From positions 251,968,001 to 252,032,000 of the forward strand of contig CM097885.1 in assembly GCA_044892525.1 (NCBI GenBank): 64,000 nt of DNA, written 5' to 3'. The stretch is from Schmidtea polychroa. Taxonomy: Eukaryota. This document shows, piece after piece, positions 42,821 to 54,272 of this stretch; position 1 is the stretch's first letter; the number at the start of each line of letters is the position of its first letter. A model generated the notes under the pieces. It was not told where the DNA came from, made no database searches, and saw only the letters and a list, made by a program, of their open reading frames with translations. Both the position numbers and the translations under genes were made by a program.

Positions 42821-44629
42821 ACTAGAAAGGGAAAAATGGAATTAGGTGGTGATTAAATGAAAACAGATGAGACTATGAGTGATCAGATGTCAGGTTGGGA
42901 TTGGTCAAACCTATACTGACTAGAGGAGACGTAAAATACCTACTCTAAAAAGTTCTACAAAAAGGTTGTTGAATTCTAACCGAATCTCTACTCATCGAAT
43001 TATTCCTTTAAGACAATTCTCCGAGATTTGATCGACACATCGAATTCAATTATTTTAATTATTATAAGTCATTTAACTCAAACGAAAATAAATCTAGCGA
43101 GTTCCAATGTGCGTGGCACTTTAATTCAGATGGCATTAGTGTACTTAATTCATTAATATAATCGCTTATATCCCCGTAAATTTAAAAGGAGATTTGTATT
43201 AATTCGCATTAATTCGATATAAAATTTAATTCAATTTCCAATCATTGAACGAGAACTCCCACCCCCCCCCATTTTTAGTTAGATAAATGTTCGGAGTCAA
43301 CTCATACATTGATTAGGATGGCGTCCAAAATTAAAAATCGCTCGATTATCGTTAGAATAATTATATTAATGATTGTTACTCGCGACGATAGACTAAATGA
43401 TATTCTTTGGATGTGTTCGAGACACCGTAGAAAACCTCGATTGGCCATTAGGGTGAAATAAACTATGATTAGTGTATTTATTGAAGATGTTATTTGTCGA
43501 ACAAAATTTCGTTTAAATATTTACGCGGCCTCTTTAAATTCTACATCCTGTTTATATTCAACTATTCGACAGGTTCAAACAAATAACGGAGATTTCAGGT
43601 GCATGATTTTGTAATGAGAAAATTTTCACTCTGATTCTGAAGTAGACTGGGTGTTAGAAAACTTCTGGCGTTAAATAAGCAATGGTGATTTAGACGTTGC
43701 TGTTCGACGAGAGTTACCCTAACTGACGTTTGTCATATGAATGAATTTCAATGTCATTTATTCGAAATTACTTTGACGAGCGTTTGTCAAGTGGATGAAA
43801 TCGAAAAGTGCGGCTAACTGATTAGTCGATGAATTCTTTCGGCGGCGTGATCTACGTGCGAAAGCGTTTTTAAAGATTAAGTTTCTCCGTTTGGATCTAG
43901 CGGTTCGTCGTAGCGAGAAAGAATCCTTAGTTCTGTACTACAAGTGATATTCTGAGATATAGCCTAGATTTAGCCTATCCACTAATCGATTCTGACTGCA
44001 TCGTTGATTTGAAGAATCCTAATGTCTGTAACTCCTATCGTCATAAACAATTTAAGCAATTCTCTCCGATACCATTCTTCTTCACACAGTCACCCCTTCA
44101 ACGTGCCGATCGGCGAAGACATCAGGTTACGCCATCAGTCCTGGAGCCAACGGTTCTCGTTCATATTTTTAATTCAGATAACAAAATTATTATATGATAA
44201 TTAGAAAATTCTGCATTAAAGTGCTGGAAAAAACATTTCTTGGATTTGTTGATGATAGTTCATCCACTTATCTACTCGCGATTCACATTTTTGATCGTCT
44301 AACCTGTCTCTTAGATTTTCGGTTCATTGGAGAATTTTCCGCAGACATCACAACTTGTTTCGGTACTTCCAACGTTTATATCTCCCCTCGTCCTACTCGC
44401 ACACACGCCTGAAACCATCCTCACCATCTTATCACGCCTCTCTCAGTCACTCACTCAGGTTACTCCAGTTCCTCATTCAACCAATTGCTGGGGTACTACT
44501 CGGTTGACCACCCTTAGTTCAACTTTTAGCCTAGGGGATGAGTGCCCATTCCGATTACGCTCGTCATTATTTTGTCAGCCCCGAGCAGGACCCGTTCATA
44601 ACCTATACTCCAACATAGCACCCGTGAAT

Positions 44630-44760
44630 TGCTTCACGTTGAAACTGTGCTATGCCGGCGAGACGCCAGTAAGCAGGTGAGCCACCACCTTTGGACTACT
44701 CCTTACTGAGACCTCGACTTCCTACCCCTGACCGCCGATAGAAGGACTTACGTCTATTCC
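44630..44760 (+). repeat. Dispersed conserved module, partial copy 3
   Basis: AAGCAGGTGAGCC...GGACTACTCCTT...GATAGAAGGACTTAC. Confidence 0.7.
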
Positions 44761-45047
44761 TTCTGTCACCCCATCGCCATACCTTGAGTTTGGATTGCAA
44801 ACTGACCAATACTCCTCGAATCTCAGAGACTTTCAATGCTATTTACCAACTTAATGCTAAATCTCTTACAAACAAAAACAAAACATATATATAGACGAAA
44901 ATTGTTTATTTTTAACATTGCTATACAGATACGTCGATAATTTATACAACAGAATTACAAGAATAAGGAAAAACGCAAGAGCAGAAAAACGATATTAGTT
45001 CGATTTCAGGACTCTCCGGAGGATGAGGTCGTTTCACGGGGAAATTC

Positions 45048-45794
45048 TTATTTTTCCCACTCCGTGTCTGCCAGCAATTTTTCCAGGTTGAAGAATTCGG
45101 AGGCGTTCTCCTCCCATGTTACCCCAGCGGCAGATATGATTCGCCCTGGTATTCCTGTCGTTAGATCGACCGTGGCAGGAACGTCGTTGACTTTACTCGC
45201 GAGATCCGTCGGTTGCGTAAGCTGTTTCGCGGTTATTCGTTCCCGCTGTTTCTTTTTGCGTTCGGCCCTTGATAATTGCCGACGCTTTGGCTTTGCGGTC
45301 GATGAATTGTTCGGGGCTGCCGCAGATGTAGAGGCGATGTTAGGCGGTACCTGACTATTTCCAAAAAAGACAACTTCAGGCTGTTCCGGCGAGAGTTGGG
45401 TTTCTACGCACGGCCGGCAAGACCTCTTCGAAGGGGGCGACGATTTGGCAGATGTATCATGGTGTGCCGGAAAGAGATTGTCGGCTTCATCGATGGGAAT
45501 TTTTACTATCTTCCCAGTGGCCGCTGCCTGTACATATACTTTATGCAGCGCCTCGGACTGCTCCTTTATTAAGCTTCTTTGGGCACGACTCTCGGAGATT
45601 AGAGCGTCCCGACAATGTTCACTTCGGTGTAACTTTTTCTGAGTCTCTTCCATCTGGGCGGGACTAAACCATGTCCCCTCTAACTCGTCTATTTTCTTTT
45701 TATACCGTCCAATCTGGGTCTGTAGGTCCTTGATTATTGCATTGTCTGAACAAGAAAAGCAGGGTCTGAGAACAGGTCTTGAATTTGGTAGCAT
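45048..45794 (-). CDS. 'WFxP' protein, intact copy C (248 aa): PCFSC motif, coiled coil, basic NLS-like segment
   Basis: Uninterrupted ATG ORF preceded by a CAG acceptor; homologous to four other copies in the window; no family recognised. Confidence 0.8.
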   Translation of the reverse strand: MLPNSRPVLRPCFSCSDNAIIKDLQTQIGRYKKKIDELEGTWFSPAQMEETQKKLHRSEHCRDALISESRAQRSLIKEQSEALHKVYVQAAATGKIVKIPIDEADNLFPAHHDTSAKSSPPSKRSCRPCVETQLSPEQPEVVFFGNSQVPPNIASTSAAAPNNSSTAKPKRRQLSRAERKKKQRERITAKQLTQPTDLASKVNDVPATVDLTTGIPGRIISAAGVTWEENASEFFNLEKLLADTEWEK

Positions 45795-47539
45795 ATCTGA
45801 TGACTATGAAGAAAGGATAGAACTAAATAAGATAAGCTAAATTTATAAAGTCATCATCCCGACACAACTATTCGTTAACTGTATTAGATATTTCTACAGA
45901 AAAGAAACGGGGTTGGTTAGCAAGAGGAATTTCCCTACGCCATCAATCTTTAGTCCCTCTGGGTTATTTACTTACAAGAAAACCAACCGGCAACATAAGA
46001 CTTTGCCTAACGAAGGTAATGCATTATTGTTGAAAAGGAAAATTACATGTTTATGAGAAATTATTGATAACGAAATTTTCCTTGAAAATGGTAAATAGTA
46101 TTGAAGAGCTCAAACTAAAATATATGACTACTTTACAAAAAGAAAATTATTCCATATGAAGATTTAATAGATAAATAGGTAAATCAATTTCAATTAATTA
46201 TTATTTGTAAATATTAAATTTTTAGAAATTCCAATAATGTGGACTTGAAACATCCAATCGCATGCTATCGACTATCTGTGGCTAGTGTTAAATCTATTGA
46301 TGGCTGATGATTTTATCTAATAGTCGAAACTACATATGACACACCAGGTAGAGTTTCTCACGGTAATCCTCCACTGGGAATTTACCTACTGCCGTCGAAT
46401 AACTGAAAAACTCTAATGAATGTGACACGTGGAAAATTATTTTCGTATGATTGCGCTTGATCATAATTGTGTTATCGCTGCTGGGCATCCACATACGGGT
46501 TTTGCTACTGGAACTCGTAATACGCGTATTGCGTGGGTGTGCGTGTATTCACTCCATGAAATTTTAATCCGATTAGCATTTTGGGTGGATTTTCAGATGC
46601 TACATCACACTATGTTGGATTGCTATCTATCATGAAAAAATTAAAATAAGAAATTCTCTCTCGCCACTATTGTTGGATATATTGCTTCGTGGAGGAATTA
46701 TTAAACTATTCAAGATATATTTACCGATCTCAACTCGTAGATATCGACCATTTCAGAAATTGAACAAATGAATTTCTATGCACTGGCTCTTATGCAGGTA
46801 TGTCGAAAATAGTTTTCCTTTTATGTAATCAAATAAAAGATTTTCTATAGATATTGTCTTGTTTTTCGATTGCATGTTGATGATAGTATGGTGTTCTGCT
46901 ACATGGCTATTCTACTGCCCGAGTAATTGTTCTAAACTGGATTCATTATTCAAACTGAGTGTAAGTGGAAATTTCGAGACGAGGAAATAATCTGCAGACA
47001 GATGATGATTGCTCTACTAACGAAATTAGAAGATCCAGACCTACGGTTGACTAAATTTTCATATTACGAGAATCATAGTTTGATGAATTATTGTGGATAT
47101 GAAGACTTTAGACTCGCTCAGTCACTGTGATTCGCTGCCACTACTTTTCCTATAAATTAGATTTATATCACTCCTTTCTGATTATTCTATATGCATTTTG
47201 AGTGACCTTCAGCGACGGACCCGTGAGGAAGCCCCCACATTACGGCCCGAATCAGCTGCGTGATTGAAACGTTCCACACCCACCGACTGAGCACCCGAAG
47301 GCCCCTCACACCATGGTATGGAACGTCTCAACTCCACGTTCCTCATGAGATTAAAATCATAAAATAATAACTCATAAAACCAATTATAAAAATTTAAAAT
47401 AACTCATTTATTACTAGTGATTACAATTAAGCAGCTAAATCATTTAATTAATTAAACTCATTATTATGGATCAAACGAAAAGAAAACTATAAAAATTTAA
47501 TTATTTCGCAAATATACATGATTATTATTATTAACCGTT

Positions 47540-48178
47540 TAGAAAACTAAATAAAATATAAAGTAAAATTTCCTTACTATCGAATGAGGACTGAGTCGAA
47601 AATGTATTAGTCGTCTTCCAAAAATATTCTGATGATTTCAGATTCTGTGGCTCTTCGAGTGTCGATTTCTATTACTGGCTTAACTTTGAATTGATCGTGA
47701 GTCGCTGTTATCTCGGAAATCTATTGAAGTTGTTGGATTAACAGTCATATTTAAAATTTTCTTACCTATTGAAGTTGTTGGATTAACAGTGATCTTTATG
47801 ATTTTAGTGCCTGCTTATATATTAATTCTTCATTTACGCGGACCAATCAGAATTGAGTACCACTTATTTTCTAATTTAATTTACTTTTTCCTGTTTTTTG
47901 GTTATTTTCCTTAATTTTCCTTATTTTTATTATATTTTTTATTTGTTTTATTAACTTCCTGATTATTTATTGTATTTTTCGTTATTTTATGCGTCATTTT
48001 ATTTTCCTATTAAAATTCTCTTAATTTTATTTTTTGTTTTAATTCTTACTTTCTTAGTTGCTTATTTCTTTTATGTTTGATTGTAGTTTATTTTTAAGTT
48101 TGTTTGTTTGTTTTTTATTTTCATTTAGTTCCTTGCCTAACCTAGTTTCTTAGATACTTTTCGACTCAGCCCAACACA
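47540..48178 (-). promoter_or_regulatory. LTR-like promoter block pointing left (TGTGTTGGGC start, A-rich tract, CTGATTGG, TATA) bracketed by inverted repeats
   Basis: CCAATCAG at 47843-47850, TATATAAG on minus strand 47814-47821, IR TGAGTCGAAAA (47592) / TTTTCGACTCA (ends 48168); same layout as 53503-54272. Confidence 0.6.
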
Positions 48179-48579
48179 ATGATCTTTCAAATTTCTACCA
48201 TTCCTGGCTCATTTAAGTCATTTTGTTCATGTACCTGATGGATTTTGTCATACACTAAATATATCATTCCTGAGGGTTATATCATCTTTACTAAAATCTA
48301 AATGGCAAATTATTAACCTGAATGAATAAATTTATAGAGAGAAGAGAACGAAGTTTTAAATAAAAATTTAATAACTTTAAAGTTAATACTATTCATAAAT
48401 ACCCAAATTACAATCAAAGCATATAAAAACCATTAAACCTAAAAATAAATAAATAAAAATTTACATGATTTCCTGGTTCTATGAATTCGAACGAATGATT
48501 ACTAGAAGATTTAAATTGTTCCCTGGTTATGAATTCGAACTGGATGAAAATTTAACATTTGGGGAATCAGTTAAGTTGA

Positions 48580-48830
48580 TTCTATTGTTGGGCAGTCGAC
48601 TAGGTCAACAAGCGTTTACTAGTTACCAAGGGGACGAAGGTCAAATCAAACAAACATACTCTCTTAGTTGACCGCAAATCAAAAACCCACTTGACTATTT
48701 TCTCACCATGACACCCATGATTTGCATCATGTTGGTGCTGTGCCATGATGGCGGGATAAGATGAAGCAGGTGAGCCTTAGGACTACTCCTTCACCCTATC
48801 TCGACTTCTCCGTTTCCTGACGGCAGATAA
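48580..48830 (+). repeat. Dispersed conserved module, copy 4
   Basis: CCCATGATTTGCATCATGTTGGTGCTG...AAGCAGGTGAGCCTTAGGACTACTCCTT. Confidence 0.75.
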
Positions 48831-48929
48831 AAGCAAGAAAATTAGGAATGTCAACAGGATAAGGAATTTGATAGTTCCCAACCTTCGCGATAATGTAAGA
48901 GAGAGTGCAGTATGTATGGACAAAAGCCG

Positions 48930-49211
48930 GATTAACAATAAAACAATCAAGAGAAGTACAAAGAAGCATACTATAAGAAAACACGACCTTATGAAATTAA
49001 AATTAGAGATTTAGTGTATCTTAATAGACCAGAACCACTCAAAGGTATGTCTCCAAAGTTACAGAGACCATTTCAAGGGCCATATAAATTGCGTGATACA
49101 ACTGAAACAAATTTGAAATTACCGTTTAGGAGTAAAAAGACAAATCCTATAATAGTTCATGCCAATCGTTGTAAATTGGGAAAGATATCCATTACGATCG
49201 AAACGGAATAA
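48930..49211 (+). mobile_element. Ty3/gypsy integrase C-terminal GPY/F domain
   Basis: RDLVYLNRPEPLKGMSPKLQRPFQGPYK...IIVHANRCK. Confidence 0.85.
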
Positions 49212-50384
49212 AGAGAAGGCGGGTACAAAAATTCAACAAAAATTTACCAAAAACCCAGTTCCAATCAGTTATCTTAACAGAGTGCTATTCACAACAGTTG
49301 TGCTAATGGTTATGACAAGTGTAAAAGGGGTGAGAATGGATTTACCATATGCGATGACAAAAATACCCTTATTGAAATACTTATTCCACGTTCACAAATA
49401 TTGTTTGGACTTATCAGTGCGAAATAATGGAGCAAATAGAAATTAGCAACGTGTTAGATCCGTTCACACCTTTCATTATTTTGAATTATGAGAGAAATAC
49501 GTATGCGGCACGAGAATTAAAAGTTAACTTCAAGTATCCATGGATCATAATGCAGAATGAATCAGATTCGCTTGAAAAGTTTAATAGTCAAAATCGAATT
49601 TTAATGCAAACTAACGAATTATGGAATACCGTGGAAATTGAGCCGATAATGAATGGTATAGATGTTTATTGGATAGCCGTAGAAAGAGTAAAGGTGCAGG
49701 TCATATTTCAAAATTTTGTGGATATTCTAAACATGCGGAAAGCTTACACTCGGTATTACAATCTCACAATGAACTCAAGTCATTTAATTACGGTTAATTA
49801 CTACAAAAATGCGCTGTATGATAATGGCACAATAATGAAAAATAAATGGATATTGTTTCAAGCAGAATCAAATAATCCCCCTCAAGAATGTATCGAATCG
49901 TGTGACTCTTGGAGTTCAAAACGAGTCGATAACAATTTATCGAAAGTCCCCAGATGACTAAAGAGTGGTGGTCAGTAATGGGAAAAAATTATTGTTTTGT
50001 TGGATGCCGGTAAAAGGTACTTTTCATTAATTACTTCTAATTTAGAATATGATAAAAATCAAATACCAACAACGGATATTCGAGCCAGATCGATGGCAAA
50101 CCGTTCTGGTGGTAACGAGAAGGGTAACGGGCCTGAAATCTGATATGACCACCGCACGTCCAATTCCTACAAAAGTTAACATTCGTGTAATAAATAAACG
50201 GACTCAAATTGAGATTGATCAAACTTTAATTATCTGTGAATATTTGATATACCTCATTCTGACAGCATTTCTCATATTATCTCTTGTGTTCATAATAATA
50301 ACAATCATTCTGTGCAGAAATAGACAGCATACTGTGGATGATTTTCGACTTGAGTCTTTCAATGTGATCGAAACCACTGTATAA
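49159..50384 (+). pseudogene. env-like type I membrane glycoprotein downstream of integrase, frameshifted
   Basis: ORFs 49159-49446, 49427-49957 and 50049-50384: signal-like VLFTTVVLMVMTSVKG, several NxS/T sites, C-terminal TM YLIYLILTAFLILSLVFIIITIILC. Confidence 0.6.
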
Positions 50385-50549
50385 AATTACATTATAAAAT
50401 TGCATGCGTGTAAATAAATCTTATAAAATTAGTATGATTATAGATTAATATTAACGTAAATTGGTTATTTTGTTTGGTCGGACTTCGCTGTGGTGTGCTT
50501 GGTCTTGCGCGATAGTGTTAAAGAAAACTTTAATTATATTTAACTTCAG

Positions 50550-50795
50550 GAAGTCCAAGCGGAAGAGTCAATCAAAGAGTGTCGAAACTCAATGAAAGAA
50601 ATGAAAAGAAAAATGAAAGCAATGGAGAGGAAAATCGACGACTTGGAACTAGAGGATATGATTTGTAAAAGAAAGCTGGAAAGGAGGGAAATTCTCCTGT
50701 TCCAATATTAAGCGGAAGTCGTGTTGCTAAGAATGCAGATACAGGAAAATGAATGCCCAACTAATGAGGAAGGAGAGATGGATGCGTTAGAATAA
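50550..50795 (+). pseudogene. Small coiled-coil exon/ORF with one internal stop
   Basis: TTCAG acceptor at 50549, then EVQAEESIKECRNSMKEMKRKMKAMERKIDDLELEDMICKRKLERREILLFQY*AEVVLLRMQIQENE...; purine-rich like the 55.6-61.1 kb genes. Confidence 0.5.
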
Positions 50796-51164
50796 TTTAA
50801 TGATTAATAAAATTTACAATGTAAACCTCACTTTTCGTCCTCGAAGTAGCGAAAGAGAAAGGCTAAGCGATAATAACATTTAGATTAATAAAACTAAATT
50901 TTAAAAGAGAATAAATGAATTAAACAAAATTTAATTAATAAAACAAAATTTATATAAATAATAAGTTAGTCCTCTAGCAGGACAAAACTCTCGATGTGGG
51001 AACAGCAGTCGTCCACTACACCCCGAGGGGTCGCTTTTCGAACATTTTAAACCTGTGGGACAAGTCCACACAGACAAAAGTTCGTTTTAGACTCGAGCGA
51101 GGTGGCGTGGGTACAGGAACCCTAAGAAAATTCTACAGTAATTTTAATTATATAGAAACGAAAC

Positions 51165-51490
51165 TAACCACACGAGGGGATCAAATTTTACTATTGAATC
51201 CTAAATTAAAGATAAAATTAAATTAAGTAAATAGAGAAAAAAAATTAATTTATTTCGGCATAAAACAAAAGCAAAGTGAAAAAACAGCATAAGTAAAAAA
51301 ACTGCGAGAGAAAATTTATATAACACAACAAAAAATAACACAACTAACCATACAAGGGGATTAAATTTTACTATTGAATTCTAAAATAAAAGAAAAAAAT
51401 TAAAGTAAATATATTTAAATTAAGTAAATACAGAAAAATTAATCAAACAAAAACAAAGTAAAAAGACAAAAAGCATAAATAAAACTATTA
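51165..51490 (+). repeat. Imperfect tandem duplication (about 177-bp period) in an A-rich tract
   Basis: AACTAACCAYACRAGGGGATYAAATTTTACTATTGAAT at about 51165 and 51342. Confidence 0.8.
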
Positions 51491-51959
51491 AAACATGAAA
51501 GATTTATTTTTGAACTAATATATTTTTAAATTAATATTATTGCCATTATTATTATTTTTATTATTATTATTTTTATTATTAATATTGTTATTATTATCTT
51601 TCCACCAATTCTCACCAAGAACAATAAGTTGAAAATGAGAGATAGTAGCACGACTTAGATTGTTTTTGAAAGTTATGGCGAAGATAGGAACACCAAAGAC
51701 CAAAAAATTTTAGGAGCAGAAATACGATCAACCTCTTTAATTATGTTCCAAAACGGATTAGAAAACCTTCATTGTACTGTGAGCAAGACAATTTATCCTG
51801 TCTTCATTCCTACAAAGAAAACGAGTAAGTTCGGAGCCTCGTAACTGTAAGCAGACGACAAAATTAAAAAACACTACTCCCTGTCAAAAAACTATAACCA
51901 TACTCATGTTCAAAGAAAATTACGTCTTGAAAACATATTATAGTGGTGGGTTACAGGTG

Positions 51960-52260
51960 GTCAAACATCTCACCCTTTCGTGCTGTTTCCAGCGTAACCC
52001 AGAATGCAAGGTTGAATCTGCCAATGGACACCCGATGAGTGATCATCGTTGGTAATGTGTCAACTGGGTGAGTACTCGCAAAAGGTGAGCGCACTACTTG
52101 CACTATAATTGTCGAGTACTCTTTGGGTCCACGGACTATCGATAGAAGATCTGTGTCCGATTTCATTGGTCCCTTGCCTCTATTGTTCTCCCAAAAACGC
52201 ACATCTTATCACTCAACTTCATCATTCAACACGCGAGATTTCAATCCGGTTCTGACCATT
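51960..52260 (+). repeat. Dispersed conserved module, diverged copy 5
   Basis: GATCATCGTTGGTAATGTG...AAAGGTGAGCGCACTACTT...GATAGAAG. Confidence 0.6.
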
Positions 52261-52321
52261 AATCATCAAGCGGTTTTAACTTTGCTGCTTCTAATTCCTG
52301 CCCTTGTTCGGCTAACCGCAG

Positions 52322-52698
52322 TCATTTGATCCGCTCACGACCATCTCGGCCTAACCGCTTTCGTTTGGCTTTGGGCTTGGGTGGATGCATCTCGGCCAGT
52401 TCTATAGACATAGGTCGGATGGCTGCCGTGACATATTCGTCGATGGTCTGTTGATTTAATTTGGTCTCCATGGCCCGCATCTGTAGTTTCAGGGCTCGTA
52501 TTTCGGTCTTGTCTTGGGCGCTCTGAAGCTGCAGATGCTCAATCTACTTCAAGTACTTATGCGCCACCTCGGGGCGGAACCAAGACTGTTCCATGTTCCG
52601 GCAACGTCCTTTGAACTTGTTGACACTGGACTGGAGTCGTTCGACCTGCTGCTGCGCCTGCTCCCTGTCTTTCCGGAGGCCTTCAAATAGCTTATACA
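52322..52698 (-). pseudogene. 'WFxP' protein, diverged copy D (one in-frame stop)
   Basis: ...SSVNKFKGRCRNMEQSWFRPEVAHKYLK*IEHLQ...PKPKAKRKRLGRDGRERIK*; TTTTAG acceptor at 52699-52700; same position relative to the conserved module as the other copies. Confidence 0.6.
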
Positions 52699-53502
52699 CT
52701 AAAACGAAACTATCATTAAATGACTTTTACCATATATTATTTCGTTGTTGTTTGTATGCTTCTCTGAGATAAAAACTTCTATATCCATATACGAGATACT
52801 AAGCCCCATATGGGAGCGGTTTAACCTTAGGGTTCAACTAGAAAATATAATTTTAAAACAGTCGTTTATTTAAATAATACAGCAGTCGGAGTTCGTGAAA
52901 ATCACTACAATCAAGGAAGTATAAGCACAAGTCCACTGAGATCGTCGAGATTTTATCTTCGGGGGGCCTTCTTGCGGGGTCGGCCCCGTTTCTTCTCGGG
53001 CTTCGACTCAACTTCCGACTCCGACGGCACGGATCTGAGCCTCAATCAGGCGAAGCTCATATTGTGTTCTGACGATGGCGCTAGAGCATCTGTTTCTCGC
53101 CGGTTTCATTTCTCGTCGAGACGAGAGTTCTCGACAAAATTTGTACGAGATCTCGAGAAATCTCGAGATATTAATACATAAGAAAATGTAAAGAAACAAA
53201 AACAAATCATATAGAGTAATATAAAATTTATTCATTTTTATTAAAATATGATTTTAAAAAACATAACATATTTATGGAATCATCTCCCAATGCAGAACGT
53301 TTTTTAGTAACAAAATTTCCGGCAGTTGAAAAAACTCTCACTCTCGGTCGATGTTGGCTTAATTATTTTTAACGCTTCCAAAATATTCTTCAAATTGCCC
53401 GAAATAATCCCATTTAACTCATATAAATTAAATTCTTTAGTCAGGGATTTGTTTATATCCTCATTTATCGGCATTGTCTTGAACCGAGATGCTACGTTTT
53501 GT

Positions 53503-54272
53503 TGTGTTGGGCCAAGCTTCGAGAGCGTTGGAAATCAGGTTAAGGATGAATAAGAAGGGATAAAATAAATTTCATGAAAATCGCGGAAAAATATAAAAAA
53601 CAACTAAATTAGATAACCATAAAAGAAATAAGAATATAAAGGGAATAAAAATAACTAATAAAATAATAAAATGTATAAGACGAAAAACAAGACGAAAAAG
53701 AAAAGTATCCAACACACATAATAACGGAAGGAAATAAAATAATAAAATCTAAGGAAAATAAACAAGAAATTAAGAAATAAAATAGAAATAAAATCATTTT
53801 CAAATAAATGTATAGGCTAATTAAAACAAAAAAATTATACTATAACCAAATAACAATAAATTCGCAGGAAAAACAGGAGAAAAATAATAAAAAATAGAAA
53901 AATAAATAAAGTAATAATAAAAATAAGAAAAGTCGTTAAAACCTAACATATTACATTAAAAACATAAAAATAATAATAAATAATAACATTGCACACAAGG
54001 CGTGTCCTGATTGGACGAGAAATAGTATAAAAGAAATGGAAAATATCTGTAGAGTACCATTTAACCGCTATACTCTACAGACTTAGAAACCTATTTTTGG
54101 ACATCACTACAACTTATTCAACAGTAACCTTTTGATAGACGACAAGTTAAAATCATTCGAAATCATTCAGATAGAGATCAGGATTTTAAAGGGACGAAAC
54201 CACTAAACTTAGAAAACAATTCGAATATTCTTAACGATATTTTCAACGCTCTCGAGGAAACTTTTGGTAAGT
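53503..54272 (+). promoter_or_regulatory. LTR-like promoter block pointing right, bracketed by inverted repeats, ending in a splice donor
   Basis: TGTGTTGGGC start; IR TCGAGAGCGTTG 53519-53530 / CAACGCTCTCGA 54244-54255; CTGATTGG 54007-54014; TATAAAA 54026-54032; G|GTAAGT 54267. Confidence 0.65.

Noticed and set aside
43300-47200. Exon-like GT-AG-bounded pieces at about 43.3-44.6 kb and 46.4-47.2 kb
   Set aside because: Probably decayed accessory genes of the same element family, but no frame or homology could be established by eye.
47592-48168. TG...CA segment as a classic solo LTR
   Set aside because: The flanks (AGGAC vs GCCCA) give no TSD, no adjacent PBS or PPT is seen, and similarity to the 53.5 kb block extends outside the TG...CA limits.
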